Of a stretch of 64,000 bases of DNA, positions 54,277 through 64,000 are shown one piece after another. The position numbers were made by a program, and so were the translations under genes. Source of the DNA: Octopus vulgaris (lineage: Eukaryota); contig OX597822.1 in NCBI GenBank assembly GCA_951406725.2, forward strand, positions 12,028,001 through 12,092,000, read 5' to 3'. Position 1 is the stretch's first letter. Each line of letters opens with the position of its first letter. Below the pieces are notes generated by a model. The model did no database searches. It saw nothing but the letters and a program-made list of their open reading frames with translations, and was not told where the DNA came from.

Positions 54277-54741
54277 AACAACAAACAAGATGAGGACAAA
54301 TATCCGTCATATGTAAATAATTAAAATAATGTATGATTTATCAAGAAATTTAAATTAAATTCGAAAATGCAAGTTTGGCAAAAATTCTCTCAAAGCTTAG
54401 AATTAATTCACACACAAACGCAAACGCACGAACACACACAAAAGTGCTCCCCAAGTATGTGACCTTGGGTTCGTACTTACTACGTGAAACTTTGAATGAG
54501 TTTATCCGCGGGACATCAAAAGCCTTATGAATTGTTGGCTTTGTATGTGTGGTTTTGTGTTTGTCCAGCCGTTGTTGGTTTATTTACGTTTCCGCAAATG
54601 AGACCGAAGGAATAGCTGCCATGTTTAAAAATTACTGAGGGTCTTCGAGTAGACCCTCCAATGCGGTTTCCTGGCATGGCCAATGCCGAAGGAGTGAAAC
54701 AAAAGATAGATGATATATACATACATATACATACATACATA

Positions 54742-54822
<81 letters not shown>

Positions 54823-54836
54823 TATATATATATGTC

Positions 54837-54929
<93 letters not shown>

Positions 54930-55403
54930 TTATATACTGGGTAGAAATCATTAATGATTTATACCACGTGGTTAGCGCGGAAATAAAACCTCATTGGTAC
55001 ATTATATAAAGAATTATAACAAGGGCTTCGCTTGTGCCTCACCGCGCACCAAATGATAGACGGCAAGAGAAACTATTGCAGTTTGTAATAGTGTCTCTTG
55101 ACGTCTATTTTCAGTGCGTGGCGAGGCAAAAGCCAGGTTGTTGTTATAATTACACACACACACAAGCACACACACGTGGGTATTTGATGTGTCTGTATAT
55201 GATGGTGTATGTATTTGTTCGAAGTATATCCGTATTTATATGTAACTCCGATGTTTTTGCGAGGAAAACAACGTATACATACATACACACCCTTAAATAC
55301 ATACATGCGTACACACATGTATACATACATGCATATATGTGTGTATATATATATATATGTATGTATGTATGTATTTATATATATATATATATATGTATAT
55401 GTG

Positions 55404-55441
<38 letters not shown>

Positions 55442-56744
55442 CGTGTATATATATATATATACGTACATGTATATATATGTATATATATGTATGTTTGTGC
55501 GTGCTCGTATTTGTGCGAGCGTCGTATATGCTTTTGTATGTGTGTCTGTATGCGTGTGCATGTATGTGTGTGTGCTTGTATGTGTGTGTATGCATGTGTG
55601 TGTATGTTTGTATATATGTGTGTACGTGTGTGTAATCCTCTTTCTCGCCCTTTCCCTCTCCCTCCCCCTCTCTCTCTCTCTCTCTCTTCCCCGTCTCTCT
55701 GTTTCGCTCACTTTCTGGACACGTTTGTGTAAACCAATCAGTCGGTTACGAAACAGAAGAGATCTTTAATTCAGATTACGACCGTGTGAAGCTAATTGAA
55801 ATGGAGAAATGATTTATCGTTTTATTAAATGACCTCTTACGTATCTTGGGGAATTTCGACATATTAATCATCTTGTAAGCCGATTTCTCGCTTTCCGTCA
55901 TCTAACAGAACAACAGATGCAACAGATGTCGTTAGTATGTTTTTCACACTTTACATCTCTGCTTCGTATAATAAATCCAATCGACACCTCCCTATACGCC
56001 ACATCGCCATCGTATATATCCGGTGTCTTTTCCTTGTGGTTGGTGGCTTTTTCAGCTGCTGGAAACAGCAGTAAAACTGTTGCCTCAAATTACAACCAAC
56101 AAGCTTGATTTTTTTTTTTAAAAGGGAAAGAAAAAAACTATGAGGAAGAACCTTTAGAATACTCTTGTGAGAATGTTCTGTGTTTGGAATAAAGAGAGAC
56201 ATTTTAGGAATAGATTAAGAATGGTTTTGTTTGAATTGTAGAATCATTAGTAAAACTGAGGTATTTTATGGCAGTTCGTGGTGTTTCGAGTTCAAATCAT
56301 GTTGATCAATTTTGATTTTCAACCTTCCAGGGTCGAAAAACAGAAAAACTGCTAGAAGCAGTAGTAAAACTGTTGCCTCAAATTACAACAAATAAGATTT
56401 TTTTAAAGAAAAAGAAAAAAATTATGCCTTGTGGCAAAAATTTGAAATTATTTACGCTTATCTTTGAGTTCCCTGTGTGTTTGGTGTCTCGAAACTCTGA
56501 GCCCCTTAAGGGATTATCCACCTCTCCTCATGTTGGTTTTTGGTCTAAGATTTCCATTTCTACACGTTGGAGTCACTCGTTTCATGCTTTATTGTATTAT
56601 ATCTTTGAATCGCTCTTTTTACTCACCTTTTCGTTTTTCTCTCTCTTTCCCTATATCCATAGAACTTATAAGACAGGTTATCCAGCTTTCATTGTGCACA
56701 GGTGACCAAGATCACAACATTCCCTCTGAATGGGATGTCGATCC

Positions 56745-56948
56745 TTTGACGGGTTCGATGTCAGTAATTTTGTGGGGAATTGGCATGTCGATTACATCGA
56801 TTCCAATATTTGAGTGGTACCTTATTTGACCGAAGTGATAACAGGCAAAGTTCACCTCTGTGGGATTTTAACTCAAAAGGTATACACGGATGAAATGCTA
56901 CTTAGAATTTTGTCCGACGTCCTTAAAATTCTTCCAGTTTGCTGCCTT
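56745..56948 (-). mobile_element. SINE family B, degraded
   Basis: gtcgattacatcga..tggtacc..ggcaaagtt..atttaactc. Confidence 0.65.
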
Positions 56949-57280
56949 ATCTTCCCTTTCTGACTGTAAATCAATATCTGGGTAAAATGATGGCCGGACA
57001 TTCCCACAGCATGGGCAGACCAGTAAAGCTAGTGTAACTTCGCAATCACAGAGCTTGCCACCTTAATTTTTATACGTACATTTCAAAAATAAATCCGATT
57101 TAAATTATCTAGTAATATATAGATATAATCAAGAATACTCAGCATCGAAAAGATGTAAAGATAAAGAGAACCTGTGTCTGGAGAGAGAGGAGAAAAGAAA
57201 TAACGATGTAGAATACGACGACTTAGCTAGAATTTAGTCCTTTAATTTTCGAATTACGCTGAAGATGAATATAACAAGGG

Positions 57281-57653
57281 CATTCCGTCGGTTACGACGA
57301 CAAGGTTTCTAGTTGATCCAAGCAATGGAACAGCCTGCTTGTGAAATTAACGTGCAAGTGGCTGAGCACTCCACAGACACGTGTGCACTTAACGTAGTTC
57401 ATGGGGAGATTCAGCGTGACACTGACTATGACAAGGTTTCCCCTTTGAAATACAGGTATAACAGAAGCAGGAAGAAAGACTAAGTTGAGGTCAAAGAGTA
57501 CAGCAGGGTTCACCACCACCACCCACTGCCGGAGATCGTGGAGCTTTAGGTGTTTTCGTTCAATAAACACTCACAACGCCCGGGCTGGGAATTGAAACAG
57601 TGATTCTATGACCGCGAGTCCGCTGCCCTAACCACTGGGCCATTGCACCTCCA
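57281..57653 (-). mobile_element. SINE family C variant flanked by ~100-bp direct repeats
   Basis: Tail matches 21181-21360; tRNA head (caatggcccagtggttagg..gtttcaattccc); the central part differs. Confidence 0.82.
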
Positions 57654-58301
57654 CGATAAGATAAGTACGTCTAAAGAGCGCGGAGAAAAAGAAATAACGA
57701 TGTAGAATATGAAAATTTAGCTAAAATTTACTCCTTCAATTTTCGAATTACACTGAAGATGATTATAAAGCATAGGAAAAATTATTTTACATAAATATAT
57801 CACAGAATATTGAATTGTATGTAGATACGTAAGCTGACACTAAAATTCATGTTCCATATTAGAGAAGAAAAAGATGGAAACATCAAAACTATTGTTGTTC
57901 ATAGAAAGGAATTAGACATGTCACGTGATAGGTAGAGAAAATAAATACACTAATTTTACATAACTTCATACTTACATACCTATATGTATACATACACACG
58001 CGTATATACATGTATGCAAGTATGCATCTATGCTTGCATATATATTGTCTTTGTACATGTGCATATAACAGTAATGATAATAAGAATAGTAATAAAAATA
58101 ATTCGAATTATATATGCAGATTCTTAGACATTTGTTTATATATATATTCATATAATCCATTTATGCACAAATATATACACATTATAACATACGACCAGCA
58201 CATACAATCATATATATATATAGACATATACAGACATATATCCATGTGCAATTATACATACACGCATACATACATGCATAAATAAATACACATAGATATT
58301 T

Positions 58302-58392
<91 letters not shown>

Positions 58393-58886
58393 ATATATAA
58401 TATATAATATATATAGATACATATATAAATCCATACACATATACCTATGCACATACCCACACTGACATACATACATATGTGTGTGTGTGTGTGAAGGTCT
58501 GTATGTGTGTGTGTACGTATGTACGTTGTAACCTGAGTCAGATAATTGAAAACTTCGCTAACGTCATTACACCAATCGCTTTATATGCGAACAATGAATA
58601 CATGGCATTCTGCCTAAGTTCATTATGTGTAGTTTTGACGTGGAATACTAATTCAAATTCAATTCCGAAATGGTTTCCTCAACAAAAACAGTCCGATTGC
58701 AGCGAATCTAACATTGTAAGCAGACGCTAGTTTTCCGATTATCTGTGCATCCAATCTAGAATTCGGTTGAAATATGCATGTTTAATTGCCTCGTACTTAT
58801 TTCCCACGCTTCTTCCAAAATTCTTCGACTGTCGTACAGGAGAGTCTAGATCTATCTATCTATCTCTCTATCTATCTATCTATCTC

Positions 58887-58981
<95 letters not shown>

Positions 58982-58982
58982 G

Positions 58983-59079
<97 letters not shown>

Positions 59080-60102
59080 GAGGGCTGGGCATGCCGTGGT
59101 TGATGATGCGCAGATATGCGCTGAGACTGCGACATCTCTGGCTCTATGTAGACGACGGTGAACAGGTGTGGTCGCCGTTTGTAAGGCACGCTTTCCCGCA
59201 GCTCGTCTCCATGACCGAACTGCAGTCGTGGATCAAAAAGAGGCCGAGGAAGGGCGAATGGCACCGCGAGTGTCGCGTTGCTCTCAAGCAACTCTGCCGT
59301 CCTGGGTCGACCTTAAGTGACTTCAACACAACCAAAGCATTCTATAGGGGTTTAGTGGAGGGAGGTACGACGACGAGCTCGGGGCGAACCTGGACGTCGA
59401 CGAGGAGTACCTGATCCGCTTGTTCAGGACGACTTTCGGGCCAGGGCCCATGGACAACTTCCAGAGATCCCTGGCCTGGCAGTGCTACCGAGAAGCGCTA
59501 CCCGTTCGGGATAAGCTCTACAGACACGGCTCGAGAAACACGGGGCCGACCTGCCCGAGATGCGGTCAGAGCGACGAAACCGTTCTGCACGCACTCGTTC
59601 AGTGTCCAACAATTTCCGACCTGTGGGCTTATGTCGAACAACTGCTGTCACGTGTGGGACGAGTCGGTTTATCAGCTGAGTCTATCGTCAATATTGTCAC
59701 GCCTCCTTCCTTCAAACGGGAAGGAAGAGCTATTTTCATCATCCTTGTGGCTATGGCGAAAGAATGTATCTGGTGGACGCGTCTGAAAGGATTGGAGACA
59801 AACACTTTCCTCTCTGGTCAATCTCTCATCAACTTCTTCAAGTACCACTTGAAAAGGAAAGTGAGAGTAGAGAGGCAAGTTTTGTCTAGCGAATGTTTTA
59901 AAAGAAGATGGGTGAATGTAGCAAGAATGGCACGTATGAATGACGAAGCCACCTTGAGCATAATCCTATGAACCCAGAAATTGAAAACAGAGAGTTGCTT
60001 ATTCGCAAAAAAAAAAAAAAAGAAATATAACATGTGACTCCATTGACCGAGGTTACCGTGGTCTTTTCCGTAGGCTTTTCTTTCCATGGCTAATAAAGAA
60101 AC
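59080..60102 (+). mobile_element. Tx1/L1-clade LINE 3' end, copy 1, in (TATC)n
   Basis: [15 protein letters not shown], then a frameshift, then ALPVRDKLYRHG..CPRCGQSDETVLHALVQCP (zf-RVT CCHC)..AKECIWWTR, stop at 59971; ends tggctaataaagaaac. Confidence 0.92.
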
Positions 60103-60103
60103 A

Positions 60104-60184
<81 letters not shown>

Positions 60185-60185
60185 C

Positions 60186-60248
<63 letters not shown>

Positions 60249-60313
60249 GTCTGCCTGTCTGTCTGTCTGTCTGGCTGTCTCTCTATCTATCTCTCTATCT
60301 TTCTGTTTGTCTG

Positions 60314-60348
<35 letters not shown>

Positions 60349-60900
60349 GCCTCCTTCCTTGAAACAGGAGGGAAGAGACATTTTCATCGTACTTGTGGCT
60401 ATGGCGAAAGAATGTGTATGGTGGATGCGTCTGAAAGGTCTAGAGACAAACACTTTCTTCTCATCAACTTCTTGAAGTATAGCTTGAAGAGGAAGGTGAG
60501 AACAGAGAGGGAAGTTTTGTCTAGTGAATGCTTAAAAAAAAGTTGGGGGAATGTAGCAAGGATGGCACGTGTGAATGAGCCACCTTGAGCATAATCCTAT
60601 GATCCAGAAAAAGAAAGGAAAAAAGTGAGTCAGTTATTGTAATATGTTTTTTCCATGGCATTATTTCTCGAGGTTACCTTGGTCTTTTCCATAGGCTTTT
60701 CTTTCCACGGATAAACCTAAACTGTTCCCCCTTCTACATTATGACATTTCTGTGATACACGATCCATATTGATCGGCTTCCATTTTTTTCTGCGATCCCT
60801 TGTGATCGAAATTCTACACTCTACTTTTTCCTTTTTTCTTTCCTTGCTAAAAACAAAAGCTCTACTTCTGTGTTCAACCCTGTGTGGCTAATAAAGAAAC
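60349..60900 (+). mobile_element. Tx1/L1-clade LINE 3' end, copy 2 (diverged)
   Basis: PPSLKQEGRDIFIVLVAMAKECVWW; same terminus; (TATC)n on both sides. Confidence 0.9.
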
Positions 60901-60901
60901 G

Positions 60902-60990
<89 letters not shown>

Positions 60991-61034
60991 ATCTATCTAT
61001 CTATCTGTCTGTCTATCTATCTATCTATCTATTT

Positions 61035-61772
61035 GTGCAGTGTCCAACAATTTCCGACCTGTGGGCTTGTGTCGAACAACTGCTGTCACGTGTGGGACGA
61101 GTCGGTTTATCAGCTGAGTCTATCGTTAATATTGTCACGCCTCCCTCCTTCAAACGGGAAGGAAGAGCTATTTTCATCATCCTTGTGGCTATGGCGAAAG
61201 AATGTATCTGGTGGACGCGTCTGAAAGGATTGGAGAAAACACTTTCCTCTCTGGTCAATCTCTCATCAACTTCTTCAAGTACCACTTGAAAAGGAAAGTG
61301 AGAGTAGAGAGGCAAGTTTTGTCTAGCGAATGTTTTAAAAAAAGATGGGTGAATGTAGCAAGAATGGCACGTATGAATGACGAAGCCACCTTGAGCATGA
61401 TCCTATGAACCCAGAAATTGAAAACAGAGAGTTGCTTATTTGCAAAAAAAAAAAGAAATATAACATGTGACTCCATTGACCGAGGTTACCGTGGTCTTTT
61501 CCGTAGGCTTTTCTTTCCACGGGTAAACCTCACCTGTCCTCCCCTTTACACTTCATATTGACATTTCTGTGATAACGATCCCTATTGATCAATTTTTTTT
61601 TCCTCTCCCTTTTTTTTTTAACCCCCTTTTTTTGTCCTCTTTCTCTCCTTTTACGATCCCTTTTGATCGAAACTCCCCCTTCCTTTTTTTTTTTTTTTAA
61701 ACCTTCAAAAGAAAAGCTCTACCTTGTAATTTGTTCTATGTGTGTGCAGCCCTGTGTGGCTAATAAAGAAAC
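61035..61772 (+). mobile_element. Tx1/L1-clade LINE 3' end, copy 3 (near-identical to copy 1, full 3' UTR)
   Basis: [17 protein letters not shown]..; terminus agccctgtgtggctaataaagaaac|atatctatc. Confidence 0.92.
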
Positions 61773-61902
61773 ATATCTATCTGTCTGTCTGTCTATCTGT
61801 CTGTCAATCTATCCATCTATCTATCTATTTCTCTGTCTGCCTACATACTTATGTATATACATATATAAACAAACATATGAATGTGTCAATGCATGACACA
61901 TT

Positions 61903-61946
<44 letters not shown>

Positions 61947-62011
61947 CGTACACACACGCAGACACAAGCAGACACACAGACTCACATACACACACACATA
62001 TATATATATAG

Positions 62012-62919
<908 letters not shown>

Positions 62920-63032
62920 TTGTATTATGAATTAGTTTCAATATGTATCCCAATAGAAGAAATTGAATTTAGAATAAGATATTTCTATACAATATATTTT
63001 GCATCTTCTAATATATAATGAACAATTTCATT

Positions 63033-63060
63033 CCCGGGCAATGCTGGGTGCCTCTTCTAG
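63033..63060 (+). mobile_element. Helitron-like 3' terminus
   Basis: Hairpin cccgggcaatgctggg, 8 nt, then CTAG|T. Confidence 0.55.
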
Positions 63061-63957
63061 TACACACACACACACACTCACACACACACACACACATACA
63101 CAAACACACACTCACACTCACACACACACACACATATATATATTCGTTTGTGTGTGTGTGTCTATATATATATATATAAGTATATATCTCATGTTTCTTT
63201 TGTTATCTTACCGTTTTTACCAATATATATATATTTATATATATATATGTATACTTGTATGAATGTACACACAAAATAGAGTAAAAATCAACCAGAACGG
63301 CGCGCCTATACCTTTAATACTTCCGTGATATAGCTGAATCATAAATCGAAAGTAGAATCAGTCGTTTGGTATTTGGTCCCTCTTCACAAGACCCCAGTGC
63401 ATGAAAGCATATATCTACGGGCATTATTTGTATCAACAAGAACAGATATATAGTATGTAACTATTCATCGCTGTTTATATACCCCTTAATTATTTCGATC
63501 CAACTTTCAAAATATATTCAAATTTTATTTTTCACATTGTATTTTTTTTCACCAATTTTCTTTTTTCGCCCGTGTCTGTAACAATCAACGCATTAAATGT
63601 TGATATTTCTGCGCATTTCTTTTGAGGTATTTTAGCATTATTTATTTCTTTTCTATGAAATAACAAGAAAATTATGTGTTGCCGCGTTTTTAGAGAACCA
63701 AATCGTGTTAGTATTTAATATGTTTTTCTTTCAAAACTAAATGTTTATGTCTGCGTGGAGAGAACAAAATATCTCACTGCTTCTAGGTTTTTCCTGTGCT
63801 TTCTCCATTATCTTTTATCGTTTTCAGATTTCGATCATTGGACTGCTGTCCATGCTTAGGTGTTTATGCGAAAAAATCGTTCCCAGTTCTTAAAATATAT
63901 TTTTTCGAAGTCGTAACTTTTCCCTGGACACCAATTGCCGGACGGCTGATTTTCACA

Positions 63958-64000
<43 letters not shown>

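Larger units (their letters stand above)
53538..54335 (+). mobile_element. Family H element (tRNA head + hammerhead tail) interrupted by a LINE
   Basis: Head tggcgtagtggttaagagcgcgggctactaacccc..gagttcgattc (53538-53610); tail 54169-54335; inverted tail fragment upstream at 53467-53509. Confidence 0.85.

Noticed and set aside
56068-56405. ~50-bp local duplication (56068-56118 and 56351-56404)
   Set aside because: Real but short, within a decayed family B SINE; no functional signal

Overview
AT-rich, microsatellite-saturated animal genomic DNA. The SINE families and the (TA)n/(CA)n/(TATC)n load look like an octopus-type cephalopod genome, which is an inference. No complete host gene is visible; there is one plausible small exon (~49979-50087) and one strong splice donor (13818). 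Almost all ORFs in the supplied track are microsatellite artefacts. The real content is transposon-derived: LINE fragments of four types (CR1-like RT still in an open frame, R4/Dong-like, RTE, Tx1/L1), a Helitron helicase remnant, a mariner-type transposase remnant, a MITE and several tRNA-derived SINE families. Four observations stand out. (1) Two related retroelements, one encoding only a gag-like ORF1, are stacked at the same 14-bp site in a SINE tRNA head. Their 3' stem-loop is shared with a (TATC)n-flanked Tx1-type LINE and a SINE subfamily. (2) A tRNA-headed element carries a minimal Penelope-type hammerhead ribozyme; the motif occurs at three loci, two with the tRNA head. (3) At least three further unrelated minimal hammerhead motifs occur, two of them in inverted-repeat structures. 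(4) A near-authentic tRNA-Gly is fused to a SINE tail. All coordinates and alignments were read by eye, and family names come from motif recognition, not database searches.
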